DNA from: a virus | Virus genome (UHGV): UHGV-0129253 | DNA: 64,000 nucleotides | Direction: 5' to 3' (one strand) | In this document: in pieces, positions 27,351-37,970 of the stretch | Layout of the letters: each line of letters begins with the position of its first letter | Numbering within the stretch: position 1 is the first letter of the stretch | Notes under the pieces: generated by a model | Told to the model about the DNA's origin: nothing | What the model saw: the letters and a program-made list of their open reading frames with translations, nothing else | Database searches by the model: none | Position numbers and translations under genes: made by a program

Positions 27351-28226
27351 ATGCCATTACTGCGTGAAGAAGCTGAAAAGCTGTCTAACAACGAACTTGA
27401 ACAGGGCGTGATTGAAACCATCATCGATCGCGATGACCTGTTTGCCATCCTGCCTTTTATGAAAATTAATTCAAAGGCATATCTGTACAACCGTGAAAAA
27501 ACGCTGAGTGAAGCTACCTTCATCGACGTTAACGACACCATCACTGAAGGTGCAGCAACCTTCGAAGAATGCGTTGCGAAACTGCGTATTCTGGCTGGTG
27601 ACGTAGACGTTGATAAATTCCTGGCAACCACTATGGCCGACACCAATAACCAGTTGGCTATTCAGGTTCGTCAGAAAGTTAAAGGTCTGGCTCGTGCGTT
27701 CCGTCGCAACCTGATTTTGGGTGACTCCAGCTCCAACACCAAAGCGTTCGACGGCATTCCACGCCTGATGCACGCAGATCAGAAGATCGATATCGCCGGT
27801 GCATCTATGACTTTCTCTATGTTCGACGAACTGGTCGATGCGGTGAAAGATCTTGGTGCTGACTGCATCATGATGCGTTCAGAGCACCTGCGTGCTTACC
27901 GTGCGCTGCTGCGTACAGTAAACGTAGGTCCGTCTGAAATCATGATGGAGAACTTCGGTCGTCCGATGCTGTGTCATAACGGCGTTCCGTTCATCATCAA
28001 CGACTTCATCCCGACCGATTCTGGCAAAGCAAGCATCTACTGCCTGCATCTGTCAGAAGAGAACGGCGTTACTGGTCTGTATGGCGGCGACAACGCAGGT
28101 ATCGTTGTTGAAAACATTGGTACTGTACAGAACAAAGACGCAGTACGTACCCGTGTGAAGTGGTACTGCTCTCTGGCGAATAAGCACGATAAGGCTATCG
28201 CTGCACTGACCAATGTAAAAATTTAA
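27351..28226 (+). CDS. Major capsid protein
   Basis: 291 aa, canonical position; strong terminator downstream. Confidence 0.65.
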   Translation: MPLLREEAEKLSNNELEQGVIETIIDRDDLFAILPFMKINSKAYLYNREKTLSEATFIDVNDTITEGAATFEECVAKLRILAGDVDVDKFLATTMADTNNQLAIQVRQKVKGLARAFRRNLILGDSSSNTKAFDGIPRLMHADQKIDIAGASMTFSMFDELVDAVKDLGADCIMMRSEHLRAYRALLRTVNVGPSEIMMENFGRPMLCHNGVPFIINDFIPTDSGKASIYCLHLSEENGVTGLYGGDNAGIVVENIGTVQNKDAVRTRVKWYCSLANKHDKAIAALTNVKI

Positions 28227-28233
28227 TCAGTGA

Positions 28234-28254
28234 AGTAGATAAGTAATTATCTAT
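28234..28254. promoter_or_regulatory. Late-type motif AGTAGATAAGTAATTATCTAT
   Basis: Between capsid and Ig-like gene. Confidence 0.4.
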
Positions 28255-28260
28255 GTTAAA

Positions 28261-28286
28261 GGGTGGGCTATACGCCCACCCTTTTT
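28261..28286 (+). terminator. Rho-independent terminator (GGGTGGGC-tatac-GCCCACCC + TTTTT)
   Basis: 8-bp GC stem plus T5. Confidence 0.65.
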
Positions 28287-28299
28287 GTAGGAGCGAGAA

Positions 28300-29220
28300 A
28301 TGCCAGAACAAAAGATGAAGATTACGGAAGAGACATTTTCGGATTTTACGGGGCATATGTGCCGTGCCGGATTTACCAATTCTATCTCCGATGAACCTTT
28401 AACCGAGCGACAACAAAGTCAGCTATCTGCTTGTTTGCAGGCGGTTCCCCTCTCCCAATCCGTAAACATAACCCCGGCTTCACCGTCAGTTTTGGTTGGG
28501 AAAACTGTTCAACTTAGTGCAGGTATTAGTATGGGTAAGAGTGCCAGTTCATTCACCTGGAAGTCAGCGAATGATCAAATTGCAACCGTCAACGGCACTG
28601 GATTAGTAACTGGCGTAGCACCAGGCAAAGTGAAAATTACCGCAACTGATCAGGAAACCCAGCTTTCCGCGTCAGTGGAAGTCACCGTAAATCCGGTAGC
28701 CGTTCAATCCGTAACGGTAACGCCAGACTCAACCTCTGTTGAGAAAGGGAAATCAGTCAGTCTGAAAGCGAATGTTCAGCCGTCAAATGCGACGAATAAG
28801 GCTGTTACCTGGTCTTCAAAAAATGAAGATAAGGCAACGGTAGACCAGAGCGGGAACGTTACTGGTGTAGAAGTTGGCACTGCGACGATTGAGATCGTTT
28901 CCCAAGATGGCAGCAAAAAGGCAACTGCAACGGTGGAAGTAACTGCGCCTGTTGTGGCTGTTACCGGCGTCGAAATCGACCCAAATAGCACAACCGTTGA
29001 GGCAAACAAAACTGTTCAGCTGACCGCAAATGTCGAGCCGGCAGGAGCAACAAATAAAACCGTTACTTGGGAATCCAAAAATACCGAGTTTGCAACGGTG
29101 GATAGCGAAACCGGTGTTGTAACTGGCGTTGCGGCTGGTACTGCCACAATCGAGGTTACTACCCAAGATGGTAGCCACAAAGCGACAGCGACCGTAGAAG
29201 TCACTGCTGCACAGGAATAA
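28300..29220 (+). CDS. Ig-like (Big_2-type) repeat protein, likely head decoration
   Basis: Three repeats of ~80-aa units (e.g. VTPDSTSVEKGKSVSLKANVQP...). Confidence 0.65.
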   Translation: MPEQKMKITEETFSDFTGHMCRAGFTNSISDEPLTERQQSQLSACLQAVPLSQSVNITPASPSVLVGKTVQLSAGISMGKSASSFTWKSANDQIATVNGTGLVTGVAPGKVKITATDQETQLSASVEVTVNPVAVQSVTVTPDSTSVEKGKSVSLKANVQPSNATNKAVTWSSKNEDKATVDQSGNVTGVEVGTATIEIVSQDGSKKATATVEVTAPVVAVTGVEIDPNSTTVEANKTVQLTANVEPAGATNKTVTWESKNTEFATVDSETGVVTGVAAGTATIEVTTQDGSHKATATVEVTAAQE

Positions 29221-29264
29221 TCAATATTGGGCGGCGAAAGCCGCCCATGTAGAGAGAAAGCGTT

Positions 29265-29699
29265 ATGAAACCAGCAAAAATTGTTTTATTAGAACCGCAA
29301 TTTTCCGGTTATTCGGGAATGCTGTGTGGCGTTCAGTTCGAGAACGGGGTATCCGTAGCGGAGTTGCCTTTTATCGATCAGCAGAGGATTTGTGCTTCAA
29401 TGCGAGCGTCAACAGTAGAGGGCAAAAATGTTTCTCCGTCTGCCGCATACAGTGATCGTGGTGAATTGACCGCAGACCTGATTACCGAGCCAGCAGCACC
29501 TGACATTGTGCCAATGAAACGTGGGACACCAGATGAACCGGCCAAACAGATCCAGACTTTCACACGAGAAGAGTTGGAGTCAATTGCAGACAATGAAGGT
29601 ATTGCCGGTCTACGTGTGATTGGTAATCAGGTTGGTGTCAAAGCGAAAGGAATTGTCGAGATGATTGAAGGCATCCTGAAAGCACAAGGCGGTGAGTAA
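29265..29699 (+). CDS. Hypothetical head-associated protein
   Basis: 144-aa ORF in head module. Confidence 0.45.
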   Translation: MKPAKIVLLEPQFSGYSGMLCGVQFENGVSVAELPFIDQQRICASMRASTVEGKNVSPSAAYSDRGELTADLITEPAAPDIVPMKRGTPDEPAKQIQTFTREELESIADNEGIAGLRVIGNQVGVKAKGIVEMIEGILKAQGGE

Positions 29700-30532
29700 T
29701 GGCGCAGATCGACTCGTATCGTAGCGGTGAAGCTGTTTCCCTTTCATTTGCCTTCAACGTGCTGGATATCGAATCTGCTACCTACACAGTAAAGGACAGC
29801 ACCGGGGCTATTCTCGTTGATGGAGAGCCGCTAGAAATTACCAGCGGTCAAATGTCGATTCCGGTTGTCGTGTCGGCTGAATATAACCAGCTCTCTGAGA
29901 AAGAGCGAGATCTGCGGTACGTCATTGTGAAGGCTGTTGCATCGGGTCTGACGCATGAAGAGCGGCAAATGTATGTTCTGCTGAATAGTTTTGAACTGTC
30001 GATACCAGAACAGTCGTTTGCAACTGTCGCTGATGCTCAAATGCAGGCGATCGATATGCTGAATGGGGACACTTTGCTGTCGGATGGTGAAGGCTTAATG
30101 CGCAAGCGTCTCATTGAGGCTACCAGACGAATTAAAACTTTACCGTTCTCAATCCGCAAAATTCTACGTATCGACTTTGACCGATACGATCGCCCTCAAA
30201 ATATGCTGAATGTGTATGACATTCCGTGGGGAGCAGATGGAGCGTACCGGCATGATTTAGTCGATTGGGAAAAGATGACGCAGGAGAAGTTTGAAGAGTT
30301 CCCTGACTACTTCAAAGAAGCGTTGATGCTTGCCGTTGTCAACGAAGCGTGTGAGATCGCAAATGGCAATGATGTTGCCGCAGCACGAGAGGATGGCATT
30401 TTGTCAGAGTCAATCGGTGAAACAACCAACATGTACCGTACCGGTAAAGCTGCAAACGTGCATGTGGCTCGCAGTACCTGGCGCTTGCTGGTCAGTTACA
30501 TCAACAACCGTATGATTGTTCGCCGTGCGTAA
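29699..30532 (+). CDS. Hypothetical head completion/connector-region protein
   Basis: 277-aa ORF overlapping upstream stop. Confidence 0.45.
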   Translation: MAQIDSYRSGEAVSLSFAFNVLDIESATYTVKDSTGAILVDGEPLEITSGQMSIPVVVSAEYNQLSEKERDLRYVIVKAVASGLTHEERQMYVLLNSFELSIPEQSFATVADAQMQAIDMLNGDTLLSDGEGLMRKRLIEATRRIKTLPFSIRKILRIDFDRYDRPQNMLNVYDIPWGADGAYRHDLVDWEKMTQEKFEEFPDYFKEALMLAVVNEACEIANGNDVAAAREDGILSESIGETTNMYRTGKAANVHVARSTWRLLVSYINNRMIVRRA

Positions 30533-30611
30533 CGCCAGTCGCATTATTTACTTTTGGTCTAAAGGGTTTTTGGCCAGTAATGAGAGCGACCGACAACAAC
30601 AGGGAGAGAGC

Positions 30612-30956
30612 ATGAATATTTCATGGCAAACAGAAATTGCGATCTACCGCTTTGGCGCAAAGAACGTTTACGGTGAGGCGCAATTACAATTCGTCAGGAA
30701 GACGAATGTCGGCGTGGTTAAGTTCGAACAGAGTAATGAGAAATCGTCAGTTCGTGCTGATAGCTCTGGTAGTCGTGGTAAGGCGAGTCTGGAGCTGTTT
30801 GATGCTGTGTTAGTTGTCCCTTTAGAAGCGGCTGTACAACTTGATGATGTGCTGATCCTTGAAGGTCAAAAATTAAAGGTGTCCAGTGTTCATCGCCGCT
30901 GGGGGCTACGAGGAAGACCTGGGCATCTTGAAGTAGGGGCGAATATATGGGTCTGA
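30612..30956 (+). CDS. Hypothetical head-tail adaptor-like protein
   Basis: ATG 30612 with GGGAGAG RBS. Confidence 0.4.
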   Translation: MNISWQTEIAIYRFGAKNVYGEAQLQFVRKTNVGVVKFEQSNEKSSVRADSSGSRGKASLELFDAVLVVPLEAAVQLDDVLILEGQKLKVSSVHRRWGLRGRPGHLEVGANIWV

Positions 30957-31420
30957 AATACGATGCGCATCAGTTCAAACGTGCGGGGAATCGACTCAAC
31001 AACAGCCAGAAAGCATTTAAGCGATATCTTATCCGGGACATGGAAAAGCTGGCGCGTTTGGTTGAGCGTCTCAGCCGTGCAATGGCCCCGCTGGAAACCG
31101 GATCTCTGGAGACAGCCATCTTTGCCAGGGTGATTAAAGAAGGTTATTCAGGGCTGCGTATTGAGCTTTCTGTGTCTGGAGCAAAACCACGTCAGGGGCA
31201 TCCGGGCGTAGAAGTAGGTGACTATGCTAAGTACATGGAGCTGGGTAAATACCGACTCGGTTATCTTTCTCGAATGAAGAACGTGACAAACCCACCAATT
31301 GCCGGTGTTAAACCCCGTGTTGGGCCACACTTTCTGGAAAGAGCGGTGGAAATTAGCGAGAAGCAGTTCTCAGAAGCGATTCTTGAGGCTGCCAGAAAAG
31401 CCGGATTTACAAGAGGTTAA
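30947..31420 (+). CDS. Virion morphogenesis protein (HK97 gp10 / lambda Z-like position)
   Basis: 157 aa; position before tail terminator. Confidence 0.5.
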   Translation: MGLKYDAHQFKRAGNRLNNSQKAFKRYLIRDMEKLARLVERLSRAMAPLETGSLETAIFARVIKEGYSGLRIELSVSGAKPRQGHPGVEVGDYAKYMELGKYRLGYLSRMKNVTNPPIAGVKPRVGPHFLERAVEISEKQFSEAILEAARKAGFTRG

Positions 31421-31421
31421 T

Positions 31422-31805
31422 GTGTTTATTGAAGCGTTTGCAAGTTTGATGCAGAAGGCAAAGATTGGCACGGTCGGGACTGACATTTTCTGTCACTACT
31501 TGCCTGCCAATGTGAAATCTGGCGTCCTGCTTATTAACCCAAATACCGGCATCAGCATCGATCATGAGCTACAGGGCTTTTATCACGAATCATTCACAAT
31601 CATTGTGCGTGGTTCGTCAATTACTACGACGGTTGAGAAAGCCAATAAAATCATTGAGATGTTTCCAGTAGAGGAAACGGAATCTGGTGGTGTTTATTTT
31701 CGACTTGTACGACCGATGGCGATGCCAATCATTTATCCCAAAAATGATGGGGCATTAATAGAAGCAGGCATTCCTGTTGAATTTGCTGGCTATTTATTGA
31801 ATTAA
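31422..31805 (+). CDS. Putative tail terminator (lambda U-like position)
   Basis: GTG 31422 with AGAGG 5 nt upstream; track start 31299 overlaps the upstream gene. Confidence 0.4.
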   Translation: MFIEAFASLMQKAKIGTVGTDIFCHYLPANVKSGVLLINPNTGISIDHELQGFYHESFTIIVRGSSITTTVEKANKIIEMFPVEETESGGVYFRLVRPMAMPIIYPKNDGALIEAGIPVEFAGYLLN

Positions 31806-31812
31806 CTCAATT

Positions 31813-31830
31813 GGTAAGTATATACTTACT
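31813..31830. promoter_or_regulatory. Late-type perfect palindrome GTAAGTATATACTTAC
   Basis: Upstream of major tail gene. Confidence 0.4.
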
Positions 31831-31879
31831 ATTAGCGCAATGAATGCGTAGAATTAACGGAAAAAGGAGTTTTCCATCA

Positions 31880-32626
31880 ATGTCTAATACCCATGTAAAA
31901 AACATCAAACTTGGTGCCTGTAAGGTGTCGTTTGGTGGTGTGGATTTGGGTTACACCAAAGGTGGTGTTCAGGTTGAAGTAGCCACTGAAACGCTGAAAG
32001 TCACCGTCGATCAGTTGGGGCAGACCGTAATTTCCGAATTAGTTCAGGGGCGCAACATTACCATCACCGCGCCTCTGGCTGAGTCTGTACTCCAAAACAT
32101 GGTTGACCTGATGCCTGGTTCTACTCTGAGCGAAGATGACAGCTCTGTCACGATCACATCTGCACAGGGCGTTAACCTGATTGATGTGGCGAAGGAGCTG
32201 GTTCTGACTCCGCAGGACACCACCGACTATGTGTTGACCATCCCGAAAGCGGCAACCGCGGGCAACTTCACTATGACCTACCAGTCTGATGATGTTCGTG
32301 TGTTCTCTGTTCAGTTCAGTGCATACCCGGATGATGAAGGCGTTCTGGGCAAAATGAGCGGCCCTAAACCGGTAAAAACCGTGTCGATCAAACCGGAATC
32401 TCCAACCGTAAAAGCTGGAGAAACTGTGCAACTGACAGCCGAAATCACTCCAGCTGATGCCGCAGACAAAACCGGTGTTTGGGAATCCGAAGACCAGGAA
32501 AAGGCCACGGTAGATCAAACGGGTCTGGTACGTGGTGTGGCGCAGGGTTCTACAAATATCTCCTTCACCAGCAATAGCGGTGGTAAGAAGGCAACTAAGT
32601 CAGTAACGATTAACCCCGCAGATTAA
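31880..32626 (+). CDS. Major tail protein with C-terminal Ig-like domain (lambda V-like)
   Basis: ATG 31880 with GGAG upstream; C-terminal Big_2-like repeat; terminator downstream. Confidence 0.7.
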   Translation: MSNTHVKNIKLGACKVSFGGVDLGYTKGGVQVEVATETLKVTVDQLGQTVISELVQGRNITITAPLAESVLQNMVDLMPGSTLSEDDSSVTITSAQGVNLIDVAKELVLTPQDTTDYVLTIPKAATAGNFTMTYQSDDVRVFSVQFSAYPDDEGVLGKMSGPKPVKTVSIKPESPTVKAGETVQLTAEITPADAADKTGVWESEDQEKATVDQTGLVRGVAQGSTNISFTSNSGGKKATKSVTINPAD

Positions 32627-32640
32627 TCAGTAATTAAGCA

Positions 32641-32665
32641 GAGGCTCAGGATGAGCCTCTCTTTT
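32641..32665 (+). terminator. Terminator (GAGGCTC-aggat-GAGCCTC + CTTTT)
   Basis: Hairpin after major tail gene. Confidence 0.55.
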
Positions 32666-32681
32666 AAAAGGATTTTAACCA

Positions 32682-32999
32682 ATGACCAAATTACTCGATC
32701 TCGATTCCATTCTGCCTCCGAAGAAAAGCATCAAATTTGGCGGTCAGGAATATCCCATCGTTGAAATGACGGTAGGTCTGTTCGTTTCCATCAAGCAGAT
32801 GGAAGGCAAAGATCTCATGAACATGTCTCCTGTTGAGCAAGTGACAGCTTATGCAGATCTGGTTCGTAAGGTTATCCCTTCAGTACCTGACGAAGTTCTT
32901 GAAAAACTGACTGTTCCGCAACTCCAGCAGATCTTCACCTTCGCTATGGAAGTGATTGATGAAGAAAACGAAAAAGCGGCTGGCGAAGGGGCAAAGTAA
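32682..32999 (+). CDS. Tail assembly chaperone (lambda G-like)
   Basis: 105-aa acidic protein directly upstream of tape measure. Confidence 0.6.
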   Translation: MTKLLDLDSILPPKKSIKFGGQEYPIVEMTVGLFVSIKQMEGKDLMNMSPVEQVTAYADLVRKVIPSVPDEVLEKLTVPQLQQIFTFAMEVIDEENEKAAGEGAK

Positions 33000-33349
33000 T
33001 TTCCCGCGATGAATCCGGGACAAGGACCGTCTCAATAGATCTCGGATTCTATTTCAGTCGTGTAGTTGCTCACTACGCCGTGTCGCCATTAGAGCTACTG
33101 AACGTTCCTCTCACGATGTTCTGGATGCTCAGTCGCAATATAGACCGTCTGCGTGCGGAAGAGGATGTCCGCAACTTACAAGTCGCTCGTGCGTCCCAGG
33201 CGGATGGCGAGGCTGTGAAGGCGTTCATGGAGGGTTTGCAACTCAGGATTGGAAGACCAGTCGTAACAGATAAAGTCTACGATCCAAGCCAGGATAAGGC
33301 AGACCCTGACGCCAAAGAGCAACTGATGCAAATATTTGGCAGAGGATGA
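32682..33349 (+). CDS. Putative -1 frameshift fusion product (lambda GT-like)
   Basis: -1 frame is open from 32963 to 33349 and ends 8 nt before the tape-measure start; candidate slip site GAAAAAG at 32970-32976. Confidence 0.4.
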
Positions 33350-33356
33350 CAAGGGA

Positions 33357-36300
33357 ATGTCACAAAACGTAGAGTTTATCCTGTCGCTGGAAGACAAACA
33401 GTTTACAGCGTCAATCGATCGTGCGGGGAAACTGCTTACTCGATTTGGTGAGCAGGTAACAAAGCCTGCTCAAAAAATCCAAACCTTTGAACGCTCTTTG
33501 GGTTCGGTCGCCCGTATCATTGGCGTTCTGGAAAGCAAGCTCGATTCTACGGCAGATAAACTACAGGATGTAGCTGCCGGTTTTGAGCTTGCTTCAGATG
33601 CTACGCGTAAAATGCGTGGCAACATCACCAGCCTCAATTCTGGTCTTAAAGCCCTGATTGAGCGCGTCGATACGACAACTTCTTCAGTAGATAAACTCAC
33701 CGCGTCATTACGTAAAGTGCAATCAGAGCTAAATGATTTCTCTGATTGGGCGACCTATGCAAGCAAAAGCGCAAGCCGCTTTGGTACGGAGGTCAAAGAA
33801 GCCTCTGCGTCCGTGAGTGGCATGAATACGCGCCTTAATACCACGACGAAGCGACTCAGTAATTGGGGTGTCACAACGAGTCAGGCTGCCGAGGGACTGA
33901 AAAAGGTTCGTGAGCAGATGGACGAAGTTATCGGACGTCAGCAACTGATTAGCAAGCCGGTACGCGTTCGTACATCTGGAAGTGGCGATGGTGGTAGCGG
34001 GCGGCGTAGCGGCGCTTCTGGCCATAGCGGTAAAAGTAACGAAGGAGGTATGTTCTCTGGCCTTCGTGGCAACATTTTCCTGCTTGGCGAGATCGGAGAT
34101 GCAGCCAGAACGGTTACTGACATCATGTTTGGGTGGCAGAAGCCTATTGTTGAAGCTGCGGCCGAAATGGAACGTATGCGGGTGATGCTTCGAGGGTTGA
34201 ATAAGGAGAAGTCCAACCCGGGCCAGGCTGCCGCTGATGATATGAAGTACATCGTAGACATGGCGCAAAATGCGCCGTTCGCGATGCAGGCGTTAACAGA
34301 TTCCTTCGTGAAGTTTCGTTCTGCTGGCTTAGATCCAACCGATGGTTCTCTGAAGGCGCTGGTGGACTCCGTTGCTCGTTTTGGTGGTGATAGTGAGCTG
34401 TTGAAACGTGCGGCTGTGGCCGTTCAGCAGATGTCCGGTAAGGGCGTTGTGTCAATGGAAGAGCTACGTCAGCAATTAGGTGAAGCCGTTCCTAACGCGA
34501 TGCAGGCAATGGCAGACGCCGCAGGCATCACTATGGGGGAACTGACTAAAGCCGTTGCCAGCGGTACGGTTGAGGCAAAACAGGCGTTGTCTCTGATGTT
34601 TGTTGGTCTGCGTGCGGAGAATGAGAACGCAGCGAAAGACATGATGCAAACCTACACAGGTGCGCTGGCGCAACTTCAGACGTCATTCACGTTATTTGCT
34701 GATCGGGTTGGTCAGGCCGGATATCTGGATTCTCTATCGAAGGGGATGAAAGAACTGGCTTCAATCATGAATAGCGCCGAAGGGATTTCGTTTGCCAATT
34801 CTTTAGGTTCGGGGTTAACAACGGCAATCGATGGGTTGCGTCAGCTTGCTCAATGGTTAGCAAAGAACCAAGAGCTGGTGATTAATCTCGGTAAGGTCGT
34901 GGCCGCGATGGTTGCGTTCAAACTGATGCGAGCAGGGATCATGGGGGTAGTTGGCGCAGGCAGCCAGATGGTTAGCACCTTTGCCACGATGGCGACCGCC
35001 ATACAGACTCCATTTAACCTCGGCGCTACAGCAGTAACCCGATTCAATCGTGCGGCACGTATGGGGCTGGCTCCGATCCCCTCTCTTATTTTCGCCATCC
35101 GTGGGGCGATTACGGGGCTTAAAGGCGCTTTTGCTGGATTAACGGCGTTCATTGCGGCAAACCCTATAGGGGCAGCATTTACAGTCGCCACTGTAGCTGT
35201 TGCTGGCCTAATCACGTACATGACCATGCTCCGCAGCGAAACTTCAAAGGTCGTTGACGAGATTAGGAAAATACCAGAGGCGATGACGGCGGCCAAACGT
35301 GCACAAATGGCCGACCGCGCAGAAAAGCTCGAAAAGCAGATTCTTGCTGATCAACGAGCATTAAAAACTGGTGAGGGTGTTAATTACGTATCTAACTCTG
35401 CCGGTGTTATTACTCACAAAGAGTCGAAGGCTGACATCGAAGCACGCCTGAAAAAAAATCAGGAAGAGTATCAAAAGATAACCGGCACGATAGCTCTTGG
35501 TGACGGCGCTGTAGCAAAGCGTTTGGCTAAAGAGGCTGCCGAATCTCAGATTGAGAAAATTCGAGCGGAAAACCAGATTTTCGCGGCAACATTCGTGAAA
35601 GCCCGGCAGGAGGCTCTGGATAAGATCCAGAAAATCAATGATGACGGTTCACTTTCAGATGACGAAAAGAACAAGCTATTGGCACCGTTACGTGAAACGG
35701 TAAACAAAAGCTATCTGGAGCCTGCGCAAAAACTGGTTGATTCACTTTCTTCTCGTAAGAATGCGACCGAGAAGCAAATCGCGACTCTTAATGATCAGCT
35801 TGAAAAAGCCAAAAAGGATGGCAATACCGAGCAAATCCAGAAACTGCAAGGCAGTATTCGTGGTTATCAGGAGCATTTGGAAGCCGTTGCTCAGGAACTT
35901 ACTCAGGCAGAGTTCGAGAGAGATAACGCGGCCAAAACTGGTAAGGGCGTAATGTCAAACCAGGGGACTGTTCTTGGGTTAGGTACAACTGATAAAGCTG
36001 CTCAGAAGGCGTTGGCGCAATATATGCGAAACCAGATGGATTCTGCGACTTATCAGCGTACTTTGCCTGACGGCACTCCGATGATGGACTTCGAAGGTAA
36101 GCCGATTATTGGGCCTAAACAACTCAAGACGCAGCTTAATTTGCAGAAAGCATCCAGCGCCAGCTCTCTGGAGAAAATGAGCGATGAAGAGCGTGCCGCA
36201 GCCATTGCTGCACTGACTAAAGCTCGTGAACAGGATGCAGCAGCTGCCGAGAAAGCAGCCCAACGATCAGCTAACGCCTCGCAGCGTGCGGCCAAGAAGG

Positions 36301-37928
36301 AACAGGCAGCGCAACAGAAACTGGCAGCCGGATACCAGAAGGCTCTGGACAAAGCCGATCAGCTTATGGGGCAAATGGGTGAAAGCTCTAAGGCTACGGT
36401 ATCGTTTGATCAGTCTCTTCGCGATACAACGAAATCGCTGACAGATTTGGCTAATGCGGTTCCTAACGAGTTCATCACTCAAGAGATGATCGACAAGGCG
36501 AAAAAACGTCTTGAAGACCTCAAAAATGCGACACCTGAATATCGCGAGATGTTTAATCGCCGCAATGTTGAGCAGATGATCTCCACTTGGGCACCGGAGG
36601 CGGATTCCATTATTAGTGCTGGCTATACGCCGTCTCGCGAAGAGAAAGTTGCTGATTTCGAAGACACCTACAACCGCAATCTCAAAGCGTTGATAGAACT
36701 TCGTGATAAGGCGTCTGATCCTAAAGTTGTGGCGCTTTATACAAAGAAAATCAATCAACTGATTGCTGCTGGCAATACCGCGCTTATTAAAGAGACGGGG
36801 ACTGCGACGCAGAAGTTGGCACTGGAATACGAAAATCTGGCAGAGCAGATCGAAAGCACCTGGACTGATTTGTTTAGTGGCTTAACTGATGTCCTGACTG
36901 ATTTCGTTATTAACGGGAAGATGAGCTTCTCCAGCCTATCTCAGTCCATTTTGAAAGATATCACCAATATGGTCGTGAAGTCGCAGATCACGCTGCCTCT
37001 AATGAACATGTTGGGGATGGGAACCACCGCAGCTGGTAGTTCACAGAGTGGTAATTTGCTCACCGGGGTTGCTTCCGCAGTTGCCAATCAAGGTGTGCGC
37101 ATAAGCAACACTGTTAATGGCGACAAGTCGGTAGGAGAAGCCACGAAGGAGACGTCCAGTTCGGTAACTGGATTGGGGCAAACGACACAGCAGACCACCA
37201 GCGCAATTGGCACAGCAACAAATGCGATTGGTAGCTGGGTATCGGGGCTATTTGATAGCACCGAAGCCAAAGATGCTGAGACAAAAGCCGTGAAGGACTC
37301 CATCTTCTCGATGCAGAACCTCAGCTCTGTTACCGGCGCGCTGTCTGCCGCGTTTGCAATGCTTGGAGCTAATGCTTCCGGCTCTGGTAATAAGTGGTTG
37401 AGTTTTGGAGCAACGGTTGCATCTGGTCTTGTTTCAGCTTGGGCTGGCGGTGGATTCGATGGATTGATGTCCGGTTCTTCTGGCTCAACTTCCGGGTTCA
37501 ACAATCTGACCAGTTCTGCTGCCGATGGCACGAATGGTATTCCTGCAATTCCGAAGTTTGCAAATGGTGGCATATTCGGAAAAGACGGCGTGATCCCGCT
37601 CCGGGCATACCAGAAAGGCGGTATCGCCAACTCACCTCAATTGGCGTTGTTTGGGGAAGGCGATATGAATGAGGCGTATGTTCCATTGCCTGATGGTCGA
37701 ACAATCCCTGTAACGCTCAGTACCGATGGTATGAGTGGAGGAGGAAATGTTCTTTCTCCGGTATCAATTGAGATCAACGTCCATAGTGACGGTAGCACAA
37801 CTGAATCCGGCGATACAGAAAGCATATGGAACAATGCCGCTCAACGGATGAAAGCAATCGCGCTTGAGACTATCGCTCAAGAGAAACGCCCTGGCGGATC
37901 ACTCAACCCAAACACTCAACGTAACTAA
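33357..37928 (+). CDS. Tail tape measure protein
   Basis: ~1523 aa, coiled-coil rich, position after G/GT; ATG 33357 with GAGGA upstream. Confidence 0.85.
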   Translation: MSQNVEFILSLEDKQFTASIDRAGKLLTRFGEQVTKPAQKIQTFERSLGSVARIIGVLESKLDSTADKLQDVAAGFELASDATRKMRGNITSLNSGLKALIERVDTTTSSVDKLTASLRKVQSELNDFSDWATYASKSASRFGTEVKEASASVSGMNTRLNTTTKRLSNWGVTTSQAAEGLKKVREQMDEVIGRQQLISKPVRVRTSGSGDGGSGRRSGASGHSGKSNEGGMFSGLRGNIFLLGEIGDAARTVTDIMFGWQKPIVEAAAEMERMRVMLRGLNKEKSNPGQAAADDMKYIVDMAQNAPFAMQALTDSFVKFRSAGLDPTDGSLKALVDSVARFGGDSELLKRAAVAVQQMSGKGVVSMEELRQQLGEAVPNAMQAMADAAGITMGELTKAVASGTVEAKQALSLMFVGLRAENENAAKDMMQTYTGALAQLQTSFTLFADRVGQAGYLDSLSKGMKELASIMNSAEGISFANSLGSGLTTAIDGLRQLAQWLAKNQELVINLGKVVAAMVAFKLMRAGIMGVVGAGSQMVSTFATMATAIQTPFNLGATAVTRFNRAARMGLAPIPSLIFAIRGAITGLKGAFAGLTAFIAANPIGAAFTVATVAVAGLITYMTMLRSETSKVVDEIRKIPEAMTAAKRAQMADRAEKLEKQILADQRALKTGEGVNYVSNSAGVITHKESKADIEARLKKNQEEYQKITGTIALGDGAVAKRLAKEAAESQIEKIRAENQIFAATFVKARQEALDKIQKINDDGSLSDDEKNKLLAPLRETVNKSYLEPAQKLVDSLSSRKNATEKQIATLNDQLEKAKKDGNTEQIQKLQGSIRGYQEHLEAVAQELTQAEFERDNAAKTGKGVMSNQGTVLGLGTTDKAAQKALAQYMRNQMDSATYQRTLPDGTPMMDFEGKPIIGPKQLKTQLNLQKASSASSLEKMSDEERAAAIAALTKAREQDAAAAEKAAQRSANASQRAAKKEQAAQQKLAAGYQKALDKADQLMGQMGESSKATVSFDQSLRDTTKSLTDLANAVPNEFITQEMIDKAKKRLEDLKNATPEYREMFNRRNVEQMISTWAPEADSIISAGYTPSREEKVADFEDTYNRNLKALIELRDKASDPKVVALYTKKINQLIAAGNTALIKETGTATQKLALEYENLAEQIESTWTDLFSGLTDVLTDFVINGKMSFSSLSQSILKDITNMVVKSQITLPLMNMLGMGTTAAGSSQSGNLLTGVASAVANQGVRISNTVNGDKSVGEATKETSSSVTGLGQTTQQTTSAIGTATNAIGSWVSGLFDSTEAKDAETKAVKDSIFSMQNLSSVTGALSAAFAMLGANASGSGNKWLSFGATVASGLVSAWAGGGFDGLMSGSSGSTSGFNNLTSSAADGTNGIPAIPKFANGGIFGKDGVIPLRAYQKGGIANSPQLALFGEGDMNEAYVPLPDGRTIPVTLSTDGMSGGGNVLSPVSIEINVHSDGSTTESGDTESIWNNAAQRMKAIALETIAQEKRPGGSLNPNTQRN

Positions 37929-37970
37929 CTATCGACTGCCCCGACCGGGGCAGTCTCACAAGGATGTGAG

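Noticed and set aside
33470-37834. Multiple minus-strand and alternative-frame ORFs within the tape-measure gene
   Set aside because: All are embedded in the 1523-aa tape-measure frame, which has canonical position and composition; none has a start context.
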